A stretch of DNA of 64,000 bases from an uncultured delta proteobacterium (GTDB lineage: Bacteria > Desulfobacterota > Binatia > UBA9968), in assembly GCA_963771465.1 (NCBI GenBank), contig CAVYTU010000015.1:1-64000 (forward strand). Direction: 5' to 3'. A program made the translations under genes and the position numbers. This document shows positions 10,479 through 20,448 of this stretch, piece by piece. Numbering within the stretch: the first letter of the stretch is position 1; every line of letters starts with the position of its first letter. The notes below the pieces were generated by a model, which saw nothing but the letters and a program-made list of their open reading frames with translations, was not told the DNA's origin and did no database searches.

Positions 10479-10514
10479 TCGCCATCCTCCATCCTCTATT
10501 CTCAATTCTCGACC
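10479..10514. repeat. 7-nt periodic element (CCATCCT/CGATCCT type, family C)
   Basis: GCCATCCTCCATCCTCTATTCTCAATTCTCGACC immediately downstream of the stop at 10518. Confidence 0.65.
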
Positions 10515-10517
10515 CAG

Positions 10518-11635
10518 CTAATTCTTTCCCGCCGCCTTCAACGCTTCATTCACGACATCGATGATAGGCTTCATCTCGATCCACTCGGGCTTGCCGGTGT
10601 CGAGGTACTTAATGCCATCCAGGCGCCGACCAAGCAGCGGCACTTCATCTTTGGGAATATCGATGCGCAGGGAATCCGCCGGGCTCTCGCCGTTCATCAT
10701 ACGTTTCTGCAGCGCGATTTGCCCGTTGCGCGAGAGCAGCCAGTTGATGAATACTTTTGCGGCATTCGGATGCGGCGCGCGATTGAGCAATGCGACAGTG
10801 CCGAACTGCTGCACCAGCCCGCCGCCTTCTTTGAACACGCGCGGACCGAAAGTGTCCACCGGCAAACCCTGCTGCTTCAACGTATCGGCATCGCAGAAAA
10901 AACAGATCGCATACTTCCCCGTCGCCAGCCAATCCGGTCCCTGGCGAAAATCGCGAAACAAAGTCGCCTCCATTTCGCCGAATAGTTTTTTGATAAACGC
11001 TGGACCGAGATCGGCGTGATAGTAGAAGAAACGGGTGTTGCCCGCGCCGGGGCCGGCCTCGCGGATATCGCGTATGGTGATTTTTCCCCGCCATTTCGGA
11101 CTGAGCAAATCCCAATAGGACTTGAACTCCTTCAGGTCGACCAGTTTGGTATTGTAGTGAATCGAACCGTAGGTCGCCGAGCCGACGTAGTTGAAGACGT
11201 GCTGGCCTTCCGGATCGGAATACTGGTGTTTCTTGAGGTACCACTTGGACGGGTCGGTCACTTCCGGCAAGATCAGCACCGGTTTGATCGGATCGAGCGC
11301 TTTGGCAAGGTGGAATTGTTGATAGTTGGGATTGGCGCCCGTGCTGGAAACGTCGGCGAGAAATTTCTCCGCGCGCCGTTCGGCGAGCAGCCGCGGCCCG
11401 AGCTGATTGCCGCGTCCGGTTACGGCGACAACTTTGATCTCAGGAAATTCCTTTTCGAAGTCCGGCAGGATCGCGTCGTAGCCGCTGATGTAAACGACAA
11501 CCTGCCCTTCCTTCTTCGCGGCTTCTAAAGTTTTCTCCCATTCCTGCTGCCAGGGGACTTGGCTTCTGCAGCCAGTGTTACGGTAAAAGAAGCAAAAAAG
11601 ACAACTACCAAAAATAAACTTATGACGGATGCCAT
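10518..11635 (-). CDS. Extracellular solute-binding protein (Fe3+-type SBP), 1-nt frameshift near 11552-11558
   Basis: Signal peptide from ATG 11635 is out of frame by 1 with WQQEWEKTLEAAKKEG; APHPNAAKVFINWLLSR motif; tandem paralog of 11676-12830. Confidence 0.85.
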
Positions 11636-11645
11636 CCGCCGACTG

Positions 11646-11679
11646 AATTCTCCATTATCCATTCTCAATTATCCATTAA
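11646..11679. repeat. 7-nt periodic element (TCCATTA/TCAATTA type)
   Basis: AATTCTCCATTATCCATTCTCAATTATCCATTAA overlapping the stop codon 11676-11678. Confidence 0.65.
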
Positions 11680-12830
11680 CTCTTCCCCGCCGCCTTGAGC
11701 GCCTCATTCATCACGTCGTGGACCGGTTTCATTTCCTGCCATTCGGGCCGGCTGGTGTCCAAATATTTCACGCCGTCGAAGCGCCGGTTGAGCACCGGTA
11801 TTTCATCTTTAGGAATATCGATGCGCAGCGAATCGACAGGATTTTCCGTGTTGAGCATGTTCTTCTGCAGCGTCATCTGCCCTTTGCGCGATAACAGCCA
11901 GTTGATAAAAACCTTCGCCGCGTTCGGATGAGGCGCGCGATTGACCAATGTCAGCGTGCCGAACTGCTGCACCAAACCCGCGCCTTCTTTAAAAGCGCCC
12001 GGACCAAATGTATCCACCGGGAGTCCTTGTTTTTTTGAAACATCGACCTCACAGAAGAAGCAGATCGCCGCCTTGCCGACCGCGAGCCAGTCGCTGCCTT
12101 GGCGGTAGTCGCGGAACAGCACGGTATCCATGTCGCCGTATAATTTTCTGATGAACGAGGGTCCGACGTCCGGTAGATGGTAGAACAGTCGCGCGTTGCC
12201 CGAACCCGGACCGGGCGCGCGAATATCACGTGATATGATTTTGCCTTTCCACTTGGGGTTGAGAAGATCCCAATACGACTTGAAATCCTTTACATCGACG
12301 AGCTTGGTGTTGTAGCTCACCGAGCCGTAAGTCGCCGAACCGACGTAGCTGAAGACGTACTGATTTTCCGGGTCGTTGTAATGGTGCTTACCCAGATACC
12401 ATTTCGTCACGTCGGTAATCTCGGGCAGAATCAAAGCCGGCTTGATCGGATCGAGCACCTTCGCCGCGTATAGCTGCCCGTAGGTGGTCACGCCGCCGGA
12501 ATTAAAGACATCCGCCAAGTACTTATCGCCACGCCGTTCGGCGATCATGCGCTGGGCGACCTGCGAGCCACGGCCGGTAACGGCGATGACTTTGATCTCC
12601 GGGTATTCTTTCTGAAATTCCGGCAACACTTCTTCATAGCCGCTGATATAGATAGAAACCTGGCCTTCTTTCTTCGCGGCGGCCAAAACTTTCTCCCACT
12701 CCGCCTGCCACGACGGCTTCGCGTCTGCCGCGTGCGCCGCACCGGCAACTGCTCCGGCTGCGAGGACAAGAACGCCGACGGCGAGCATCGAAACGAAACC
12801 AGTCCGTAATCTACACAACCGTTGCATCAT
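11676..12830 (-). CDS. Extracellular solute-binding protein (Fe3+-type SBP)
   Basis: Signal peptide; AAKKEGQV, YNTKLV, LNPKWKGKI, APHPNAAKVFINWLLS. Confidence 0.9.
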   Translation of the reverse strand: MMQRLCRLRTGFVSMLAVGVLVLAAGAVAGAAHAADAKPSWQAEWEKVLAAAKKEGQVSIYISGYEEVLPEFQKEYPEIKVIAVTGRGSQVAQRMIAERRGDKYLADVFNSGGVTTYGQLYAAKVLDPIKPALILPEITDVTKWYLGKHHYNDPENQYVFSYVGSATYGSVSYNTKLVDVKDFKSYWDLLNPKWKGKIISRDIRAPGPGSGNARLFYHLPDVGPSFIRKLYGDMDTVLFRDYRQGSDWLAVGKAAICFFCEVDVSKKQGLPVDTFGPGAFKEGAGLVQQFGTLTLVNRAPHPNAAKVFINWLLSRKGQMTLQKNMLNTENPVDSLRIDIPKDEIPVLNRRFDGVKYLDTSRPEWQEMKPVHDVMNEALKAAGKS

Positions 12831-12842
12831 AGATCGATCACC

Positions 12843-13970
12843 TCAGCTGGCTTTTTTCTGCGTGTAGCTCCACTCGTAGTCGCGGTTACGATAGGCCTCA
12901 TCCGGCATCACCGATTGCAATCCTTTGCGCGCCAGCTCGGACTCGAACTTCTCGCGGATCATCGGGTCTTCCGCGGTGTATTCGATCTGGTCGCGGGCGC
13001 GGTCTTCGACTTTTTCGCTAATGCCATTGAGACCGCGCGGCGGATGGATCGCCAGATAGCGCGCCGGCGCGCCGCCAATATTGAAGTGTTGGTGAAACCA
13101 GCGATTGGGCGGCACGAACAAACTCGCTTCGTGCCACGGGATGATAATTTTCTCGCCGCCCTCCGGCCACATGATCGAGTAACCTTCACCGGCGGGGATG
13201 ACGATCAGATAGCCGGGGCCGTGGCGATGGCCTTTCTTGTAGGTGCGCGCGGGAAAGACCGACATATGCGCCGAGATCGGCGAGCTGGGAAATCCCACCC
13301 ACACGACGTGGCCACCGGCGCCGCGCCGCTCGAAGTGATCGAGCCGGTCCCACGCTCGCATGTCGGCAAAGAAATTGCCGAACCAAATATTCCGTCCGTC
13401 ACGCCCTGTGCCGGGCTCGTTCAGCGTCACGACTTTGGCTTCGGAATAAACCTCGCGCGCTCCCTGGCCGTAAAGCAATTCGTAATCGACCAGCGGATTG
13501 TTGAAGAAATAATCCGGATCGGGCAGCACCGACATCGCCAGCGGTAAATAACTGCAATGCAGCAGCTTGACCGATTGGTCGCCTTGCATGTTGCTCAGCT
13601 GGCAATGGTAGTTGCCCGGAATCAGAAACATCGCGTGGCTTTGCCACTCGAAAATCTTTTTGGCGCGATCGCCGGCCCAGATGCTCGCCACGCCGCGCCC
13701 CTGCAAGACGTAAACAACTTCGTCCACGGCGACGCGAAACGACGGCAAGGTCTTTCCCGGCGGAATCTCCGTGACGTAAGCGCCGGTCACGCCTTCCTGA
13801 CCGACGAGCTGAATAAATGCCGCGTCGCACTCACGCTCCACCCAATAGCCAAGCTCCACCGTGCGGCAATCTTCGATGTAGTAACCGCGATGAATCGGCG
13901 CGCCGGTCGATTCGATCCAGTATTCATAGGCCGTCTTTTTGTCCCAAAAATTCGCCGCCGATCTAGCCAT
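12843..13970 (-). CDS. Bicupin protein, paralog 2
   Basis: Homologous to 5129-6229; C-terminal cupin GHRHGPG...PPNRWFHQHFN; GGAGG RBS. Confidence 0.8.
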   Translation of the reverse strand: MARSAANFWDKKTAYEYWIESTGAPIHRGYYIEDCRTVELGYWVERECDAAFIQLVGQEGVTGAYVTEIPPGKTLPSFRVAVDEVVYVLQGRGVASIWAGDRAKKIFEWQSHAMFLIPGNYHCQLSNMQGDQSVKLLHCSYLPLAMSVLPDPDYFFNNPLVDYELLYGQGAREVYSEAKVVTLNEPGTGRDGRNIWFGNFFADMRAWDRLDHFERRGAGGHVVWVGFPSSPISAHMSVFPARTYKKGHRHGPGYLIVIPAGEGYSIMWPEGGEKIIIPWHEASLFVPPNRWFHQHFNIGGAPARYLAIHPPRGLNGISEKVEDRARDQIEYTAEDPMIREKFESELARKGLQSVMPDEAYRNRDYEWSYTQKKAS

Positions 13971-13993
13971 TCTTGCCTCCGTCTTCTAAAAAC

Positions 13994-14051
13994 CGAGGAT
14001 TGAGAATGGATGATCGAGGATCAAAAACCCATCCTAGATCTTCTATCCTCG
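13994..14051. repeat. Palindromic 7-nt periodic element (family C, both arms)
   Basis: CGAGGATTGAGAATGGATGATCGAGGATC ... CCATCCTAGATCTTCTATCCTCG. Confidence 0.7.
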
Positions 14052-14061
14052 GCCCGTCCGA

Positions 14062-15255
14062 TTACTTCCTTCGCTGCGCCATCGCCTTCTCGACGATGTC
14101 GTAGATCGGCGCCATGTCGATATATTCCGGCTTGTCCACGAGCATATACTTCACCCCATCGATCCGCCGTAAGTCGCTGCGCACCATGTCCTTGGGAATA
14201 TCGGTGCGCAATGATTCTTCGGAATTGTGCGGTGTGTTGGTTGCGCGCTGAAGCGCCGTCTGACCCTCGCGCGAGAGCAGCCAATTGACAAACACACGCG
14301 CAGCGTTGGGGTGCGGCGCCTGGGTCGGCAATATGACCGATCCCATGTTGCCTGCGGAAATCGCTCGGTTTTCTTTCCACTGGGCGGTGTGAAATTCGTC
14401 CACCGGCAACCCTTGAGCTTTGACCTTGAGGATTTCCGAGCAAAAAAAGCAGACGGCGAATTTTCCGTTGGCCAGCCAATCGGTCGCTTGACGGATTTCC
14501 TGGGTCAGCGTCACATCCATCTCGCCGTAGAGACGGCGAATGAACTCGGCGCCCAGTTCCGGCGTGTGATAAAACCCGCGCAGTCCGATGCGCTGGCTGC
14601 CGGAAATCTTCGGATCGCGCGACAGGATTTTGCCTTTCCACTTCGGTTGCAGGAAGTCCGTAAAAGAGCGAACCTCGCCCGCCTCCACCGACTTGGTATG
14701 GTAGGAAACATACTCGCTCACGTTGCCGACATAGACGAAGATGTACTGGTTCTCCGGGTCGATATAGTGATGCTGACCGAGCCACCACTTGGACTCATCG
14801 ACGACCTCGGGCAAGATCAGCGCGGCGCGCACGCTATTCAATATCTTGCCGCGATAAAAAACTTCAAAGGCCGTGGTCGCACCGGCGATGTAAGCATCGA
14901 CGAGATATTTCCCGGCGCGCCGCTCCGCCATAATCTTCGGCGCAAAGGTATTGCCCCGCCCGGGGGTCACCACCACGTTGATCTCGGGATATTTTTTTTG
15001 AAACAGCTGCGCCATCGCGCCAAGTTCCCCGTCGCCCTGGTACATGTAGAGCGACAGCGAGCCTTCCTTCTTTGCTGCCTGAACCGTCCGTTCCCATTCG
15101 GTTTGCCAATTGGGTTTGGACTCGGCGGCGTGAGACGCGGTATGCCAAAACGCCACGACGAGGAAACTTAAGACTCTCGCGACAAGATTAATATTCGCCG
15201 CGAATCCAACAAAACTCGATCTTCTCATGACATCACACTTCATAAGTTTGTTCAC
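14062..15255 (-). CDS. Extracellular solute-binding protein (Fe3+-type SBP); start uncertain
   Basis: WQTEWERTVQAAKKEG, QPKWKGKILSRDP, APHPNAARVFVNWLLS. Confidence 0.85.
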   Translation of the reverse strand: MNKLMKCDVMRRSSFVGFAANINLVARVLSFLVVAFWHTASHAAESKPNWQTEWERTVQAAKKEGSLSLYMYQGDGELGAMAQLFQKKYPEINVVVTPGRGNTFAPKIMAERRAGKYLVDAYIAGATTAFEVFYRGKILNSVRAALILPEVVDESKWWLGQHHYIDPENQYIFVYVGNVSEYVSYHTKSVEAGEVRSFTDFLQPKWKGKILSRDPKISGSQRIGLRGFYHTPELGAEFIRRLYGEMDVTLTQEIRQATDWLANGKFAVCFFCSEILKVKAQGLPVDEFHTAQWKENRAISAGNMGSVILPTQAPHPNAARVFVNWLLSREGQTALQRATNTPHNSEESLRTDIPKDMVRSDLRRIDGVKYMLVDKPEYIDMAPIYDIVEKAMAQRRK

Positions 15256-15259
15256 GGAT

Positions 15260-16447
15260 CTAACCTCGGGCCGCGCGCGGGTCGGTCGGCGGCACGTGAT
15301 ACCTCACGGAGCCTGCCTTGCCCGCTTCCAGCGACTCGTCCATCTTGGTATCGATGATCGCGTGGTTTGGATCGCGCATTACATTTATCGGATCTAGGTT
15401 GAGCGCGACCTTGTCAATTTCGCGCCTGAGCATTTCCCGATACATGACCACGCCGCGATCCGAAGCCGCCAGCCGCTCGCGCGTGCGATCGAGGATCGGC
15501 CCCTGAGTTTCCCATGCCATAAAATCTTGGGCATCCACTTCGTCGAGTCGATGCTTGGTGAAAGGATGGCGCGCATCCGGCGGATTTTTGAACGGCTTAC
15601 GGTAATTGACCGGCACCTCATCCTTGTTTGCCCGTGGTTCGGCAGAGTCCGGCACGAAGTGCACATAAACGATCCAGGTATGCGTGTCGTCGATGGGCAC
15701 GCGGATTTGCGTGCGATTGGCTTGGCGCAAGACGGTTGGAAATAACAAGGGATGCTCCTCGATCTTGCCGTCCTTAAATACCCGCCGTTTGATGAGACCG
15801 TGAACAAACTCCTCGACCTCGAACTTTTCCAGATTGTCGATGGTTCCCCGCGTCGTGCTCTCGACTTTGAATCCGTCGGTGACCAGCTCTTGATGGAGAA
15901 TATGCAGATGCGCGGTGTCGACGGAATTTTCCATCGCTTGCAGCCAGTTGCAGTCGAGCTGTGGCAACGCGCGCAGCCAATGCCAGCCGTCCGTGCGCGC
16001 CCACACGTCGTATTTGGGAATAACCGGCACAGGCTCAGGTCCGAAATAAGCCCAATAAAGACCGGCTAATTTTTGCACCGGATAAGCTTTATGCTTTACC
16101 GTCCGGCAAAAGTTGCTGTCCGCCGGCTCGGCCGGTGTTTCGAGACAGTTGCCTTTGGTATCGTAGAGCCAGCCATGATACGCGCAAGCGATGCCCCGAT
16201 CTTCGACTCTGCCGTAGGATAGCGACACGCCGCGGTGCGAACAGCGATCGTGCAGCAACCCGACTTCATCCTTCGTCGTCTTGAACAGCACCAGATCCTC
16301 GCCGAGGATGCGCAGAAACTTCGTCGGATTATCCGGGGTCAAATCCGCCGCGATGGCGACTGGATGCCAGTAGCGCCTTAGCAATTCTCCCGCCGGCGTG
16401 CCCGGACCCACTTTTGAAAGCAACTCATTTTCTTCGACGGTTAACAT
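15260..16447 (-). CDS. Rieske non-heme iron oxygenase, phthalate 4,5-dioxygenase/vanillate demethylase-like (alpha3 type)
   Basis: Rieske CSHRG...CAYHGW; Fe ligands ENSVDTAHLHILH and AQD; start MLTVEENELL with AAGGAGG RBS. Confidence 0.9.
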   Translation of the reverse strand: MLTVEENELLSKVGPGTPAGELLRRYWHPVAIAADLTPDNPTKFLRILGEDLVLFKTTKDEVGLLHDRCSHRGVSLSYGRVEDRGIACAYHGWLYDTKGNCLETPAEPADSNFCRTVKHKAYPVQKLAGLYWAYFGPEPVPVIPKYDVWARTDGWHWLRALPQLDCNWLQAMENSVDTAHLHILHQELVTDGFKVESTTRGTIDNLEKFEVEEFVHGLIKRRVFKDGKIEEHPLLFPTVLRQANRTQIRVPIDDTHTWIVYVHFVPDSAEPRANKDEVPVNYRKPFKNPPDARHPFTKHRLDEVDAQDFMAWETQGPILDRTRERLAASDRGVVMYREMLRREIDKVALNLDPINVMRDPNHAIIDTKMDESLEAGKAGSVRYHVPPTDPRAARG

Positions 16448-16500
16448 GGTTCGCTCCTCCTTAAGATCGATGAACGGCGGGCAAAACGCCGACGTAATTT

Positions 16501-16534
16501 TCGACCTCAATCCTCGACCATTTATACTCGACCT
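16501..16534. repeat. 7-nt periodic element (family C, degenerate)
   Basis: TCGACCTCAATCCTCGACCATTTATACTCGACCT, 7 nt downstream of the stop at 16542. Confidence 0.55.
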
Positions 16535-16541
16535 AGATTCG

Positions 16542-17672
16542 TTACTTCTTCCCAGCAAAAATTTCGTCCATTAATTTCATCGCCGGTGTAATATCCTTGG
16601 TGTCGGGATCCTCGGCGTCAAAATATTTCACCCCTTCGCCGCGCCGTTCGGACGGCGGAATGTGATCCTTCGGCACATCGATGCGCCGCGAGTTTTTCGC
16701 GTCTCCCGGCGAGCTGACGGCACGCTGGAAGGCGCTTTGCCCTTCGCGCGAAAGCAGCCAATTGACGAACACCTTGGCCGCGTTGGGATGAGGCGCGCGG
16801 TTCATCAGCGCCAGTTGCCCGAACGCCACGGCGAGGCTGGCACCCTCTTTCATATGCTGCGGATCAAATTCGTCAACCGGCAATCCTTGCGCCTTGGCTT
16901 TAGCAGTATAGGAACTCTGCGTCGGCAGCGACAGCGCAAACTTGCCCACCGCGAGCCAATCCACCGCCTGGCGCACGTCGGCGGTTAAAGTCACGTCCAT
17001 TTCTCCATAAAAACGCCGAATGAACTCAGGTCCGAGGTCTTTGTGATAATAAAGGTACTGCACCGACAAGCCGGAACCGCGCACTCTTCTAATGTCGGGC
17101 GAAACGATCTTGCCTTTCAACTTGGGATTGAGAAAGTCCCATATGGATTTGTAGTCTTTAGGATTGATCAGATTGGTATTGTAAGCCGGACTGGCGCCCG
17201 CCGCCACGTCGCCCTCGTAAACGAAAATATAGCGCCCCTCGCGGTCGACGTATTTATGTTTGCCTTCCCACCACTTGGTCAGATCGACCACCTCGGGCAA
17301 GATCAGCGCCGGTTTGATCGGATCGAGCATCTTGCCGAGGTAAAGGTTCTGATAGAGCGAAGTGCCGCCGCCACTATAAACGTCGGCGAGATACTTTTCA
17401 CCGCGCCGCTCGGCGACGATGCGCGGCGCGAGCTGCGTGCCCGAGCCCGTGACGCTGGTGACTTTGATCTTGGGGTAGGCTTTTTGAAATGCGCCGGAAT
17501 CGATCAGCGCGCCGTAGCCGGCGATGTAAACCGTCAACTGCCCTTCTTCTTCAGCCGCTTTGACCGTCCGCTCCCATTCCGTCTGCCACGCCAGTTTGGA
17601 ATCCGCTGCGTGGGCGAAGGCGCTCAAGCAAATGGACAGAACCAGCACGGATAACGTCAACCCATGTCGCAT
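16542..17672 (-). CDS. Extracellular solute-binding protein (Fe3+-type SBP)
   Basis: Signal peptide MRHGLTLSVLVLSICLSAFAHA (alternative start 17693); same motifs as the neighbouring SBPs. Confidence 0.85.
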   Translation of the reverse strand: MRHGLTLSVLVLSICLSAFAHAADSKLAWQTEWERTVKAAEEEGQLTVYIAGYGALIDSGAFQKAYPKIKVTSVTGSGTQLAPRIVAERRGEKYLADVYSGGGTSLYQNLYLGKMLDPIKPALILPEVVDLTKWWEGKHKYVDREGRYIFVYEGDVAAGASPAYNTNLINPKDYKSIWDFLNPKLKGKIVSPDIRRVRGSGLSVQYLYYHKDLGPEFIRRFYGEMDVTLTADVRQAVDWLAVGKFALSLPTQSSYTAKAKAQGLPVDEFDPQHMKEGASLAVAFGQLALMNRAPHPNAAKVFVNWLLSREGQSAFQRAVSSPGDAKNSRRIDVPKDHIPPSERRGEGVKYFDAEDPDTKDITPAMKLMDEIFAGKK

Positions 17673-17730
17673 GACAGTTTTCACCGCTTCCATCCTTAAT
17701 AATACTCTAAACCGAAGAACTCTTCCTATC

Positions 17731-18918
17731 CTATTCCGGACTCGGCACCTGGTGCGAGAGATAAATTTCCTTGCGCTCCTTGGCCGACTCGAGCATCGCC
17801 AAGCAAACTTCCAACGTCGCCGCGCCCCAGCGCCCGCCGTGAAATACCGGTCGGCCATTGACGACAGCGTCATATAATTCCTCTACCTCCGCCTCACGGC
17901 CGCGGCTTCCCGCCGGCAATGAAATCTCGCGCTGCTCAGTTTCGCCGTAGATTTTGAGTCCGTCGGGCGTCTGGCGAATGTCGCCTCTCTGGCAACTTAC
18001 CACCGTATGACCAAAGAACGGTTGCTTGCGCTCACCGCTCCAGACATGGCTGAATTCACCCTCGCGTTGACCGCCGAAACGCATGCCTTCTTTCAATTGT
18101 TCTTCTTGTTCCGCGCTCTGCACTTCGCGCAGCTTTCGCCGAACGGTCAAATTCGTCTCGGGCGCGCGATGCTGGCCGCCTTCGCCAACCCAGCTGAATA
18201 ATTCCGCCGTGTCGAAAAATCCGTAGCCGCTATAAATCAACGTCGCCGGCGTGCCGTCTTCGAATTCCAAATAACAAGTGTAACTACCCTCCCACTCCCG
18301 CGCCGGATCCCAAACTCCCGTCATCGCGCGCACGCTGCGCACCATGCCGCCGCCGATGAGCCGCACGATATCGACGTGGTGCGGGCCCTGGTTGAGCACC
18401 ACGCCGCGGGTCATCGCGAGCTCATGCTTCATCCGCGGCCGGTACATGAACTCGTTATAGTTCCAGCTATTGATCATGCATAGTTTGCCCAATTCGCCGC
18501 TCTTGACGATCTCGCGCATCTTGCGGATCGGCGCATCGAAGCTATGGGTGTGGCCGCATAAGAGTTTGACGCCATGTTTGTCGGCCGCTTCATTCATCGC
18601 ATCGCACTCCGCCAAGGTCATCGCCATCGGCTTTTCGACGATGATATGCTTTTTGTGCTTCGCCGCGGTAATCGCATGCTCGGCATGGAGCGAGTTTGGC
18701 GTAGCGATATAGACCGCGTCAACGTTTGGACTGGCGCACAATTCATCGATGCTCGTGTAACCCTCGGCCTGGTACTGCTCGCGGAACTTCGCCACCGCGT
18801 CCGTGCGCGTATCCGCAGCGGCGCTGATCTTGATGAATGGCAGCTTGGAAATCGGCGGAAGAATCTGCGTGCTGGCTACGCCGAGGCCGGCCATGCCTAG
18901 TCTGAGAATTTCACTCAC
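17731..18918 (-). CDS. Gfo/Idh/MocA oxidoreductase, phthalate 4,5-cis-dihydrodiol dehydrogenase-like
   Basis: GMAGLG, VEKPMA, GHTHSFD, FMYRPR, QGPHHVDIVRLIGGG, YSGYGFFD match the dihydrodiol dehydrogenase subfamily; GTG start. Confidence 0.85.
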   Translation of the reverse strand: MSEILRLGMAGLGVASTQILPPISKLPFIKISAAADTRTDAVAKFREQYQAEGYTSIDELCASPNVDAVYIATPNSLHAEHAITAAKHKKHIIVEKPMAMTLAECDAMNEAADKHGVKLLCGHTHSFDAPIRKMREIVKSGELGKLCMINSWNYNEFMYRPRMKHELAMTRGVVLNQGPHHVDIVRLIGGGMVRSVRAMTGVWDPAREWEGSYTCYLEFEDGTPATLIYSGYGFFDTAELFSWVGEGGQHRAPETNLTVRRKLREVQSAEQEEQLKEGMRFGGQREGEFSHVWSGERKQPFFGHTVVSCQRGDIRQTPDGLKIYGETEQREISLPAGSRGREAEVEELYDAVVNGRPVFHGGRWGAATLEVCLAMLESAKERKEIYLSHQVPSPE

Positions 18919-18966
18919 GGAACTTCTCCCCAGCTTCCTTCTCCCCACGGCGGAGCGGCGACAAAA

Positions 18967-20262
18967 TCATATCGCGCTCGATGACGTGGCTGAATTCTGC
19001 TCGGCGATCTTTTGCTTGACTATCGACCTAATGTCCGCCGACCGCGGCGCCACTTCTGAAATCACGGCAATCTGTGAAAAGTGGTTTTGCTTGGGATCGC
19101 GCACGACGTGGAGCGGATCGCGTCCTTCTTTAACGTCCTGAATCCCCTTGAGCAAAAGTTTGCGCGCGGCGACGATCGCTTTATCCGACGTGACCAGATG
19201 CTCCTTGGTGCGGTCTTGAATCCTGCCCGCGCCTTCGATGACGCAAGCGTCCTGCGCCTGGAAGTTATAGCCGATGCCGCTGAACGATTTATTTTTCATC
19301 GATGCGCGGTCCTGCAAATAGCGGTTCGCCTTGCTGCGGATCATGTGGTAGTCCGGCTGTAACTCATCGCGCCCGCGCAGCATCAGCTCACGTTCGAGCG
19401 CGCGCTTGCGGCTGAAAACGATCACAAACTTCCAGTGGTTGTGATCGTCGATCGGCACATGCCAATTGACCGAGTAGCCTTCCGCCGCCGTTTGCCCGGG
19501 GAACGTACTGAAGTTGGGCATGATGAAATTGGACGTGCGAAAATAAATCTTGTCGTCCTCGATGTTGCGAATGGAAAAAATCCGTACGCCGAAGTCAGTC
19601 AGTTCGACATCAATGCGCGGCGCGATGTCGGCACCGAACAGGGAATTGGGCGAGCTCTCGCTGCCGGTCACGCGCCGTTTCTTGTCGGTCTCGGAGAGTT
19701 CGAGATTGCGGTGCAGGAACGACAGATGCACCGGATCGATATTGCCCTCGTTGGATTGCAAGTAATTGCACGAGTGATGAATCTTGGAGACGAAGCGCTG
19801 TTCATCGGGGACATGGAAAAATTCATAGTTGGGCAAGAGCGGCGGCTCGCCAGGTCCGATATAAGCCAGCACCACGCCGCCGATCTCGCGGCAAGGAAAC
19901 GACGGCTGGCGATAGGCATCGCGATGCTCGCCGCCGTTGGGCTCGCCGGGCTGTTCGAGAATTTTTCCATTAACGTCGTAAAGCCAACCGTGATAAATGC
20001 AGCGCAGCCCGCCGTCTTCCAATCGGCCGTAGCTAAGATCCGTACCGCGGTGACAGCAATGCGCGTCGAGCACACCCACTCGTCCCTGCTCGTCGCGAAA
20101 GATCACCAACTCCTCGCCCATCAACGTCAGCGGAACCGGCGCGCCATCGGCTTTCAATTCCTCAGACAACGCCACCGGTTGCCAGTAGCGGCGCAACAGC
20201 TCGCCGCACGGCGTGCCCGACCCGGTTTGAGTTAGAAGTTGGTTTTCCTCTCGCGAGATCAT
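18967..20262 (-). CDS. Rieske non-heme iron oxygenase, phthalate 4,5-dioxygenase oxygenase-like
   Basis: CCHRG...CIYHGW; EGNIDPVHLSFLH; WHVPIDD; QAQD; DRTKEHLVTSD. Confidence 0.9.
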   Translation of the reverse strand: MISREENQLLTQTGSGTPCGELLRRYWQPVALSEELKADGAPVPLTLMGEELVIFRDEQGRVGVLDAHCCHRGTDLSYGRLEDGGLRCIYHGWLYDVNGKILEQPGEPNGGEHRDAYRQPSFPCREIGGVVLAYIGPGEPPLLPNYEFFHVPDEQRFVSKIHHSCNYLQSNEGNIDPVHLSFLHRNLELSETDKKRRVTGSESSPNSLFGADIAPRIDVELTDFGVRIFSIRNIEDDKIYFRTSNFIMPNFSTFPGQTAAEGYSVNWHVPIDDHNHWKFVIVFSRKRALERELMLRGRDELQPDYHMIRSKANRYLQDRASMKNKSFSGIGYNFQAQDACVIEGAGRIQDRTKEHLVTSDKAIVAARKLLLKGIQDVKEGRDPLHVVRDPKQNHFSQIAVISEVAPRSADIRSIVKQKIAEQNSATSSSAI

Positions 20263-20309
20263 AGCGCTGGTTTCTTGATTACCTTAGAGTTCGCATCACC
20301 CGAATCCGA

Positions 20310-20408
20310 TTCTCTCCCCCTCGACGGGGAGAGTGAGAGTGGGGTGATCTCTGCGCGCTGAATGCACTTCACCCCTATCCTAGCCTTTCCTCGTCAAGGG
20401 GAAAGGAA
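20310..20408. repeat. REP-like doublet of GC-rich hairpins in inverted orientation
   Basis: TCTCTCCCCCTCGACGGGGAGAGTGAGAGTGGGGTGA ... TCACCCCTATCCTAGCCTTTCCTCGTCAAGGGGAAAGGA. Confidence 0.7.
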
Positions 20409-20448
20409 TCGGTCTATGAAAAGCGAAGCCACGAAATACTTCCTCGAC

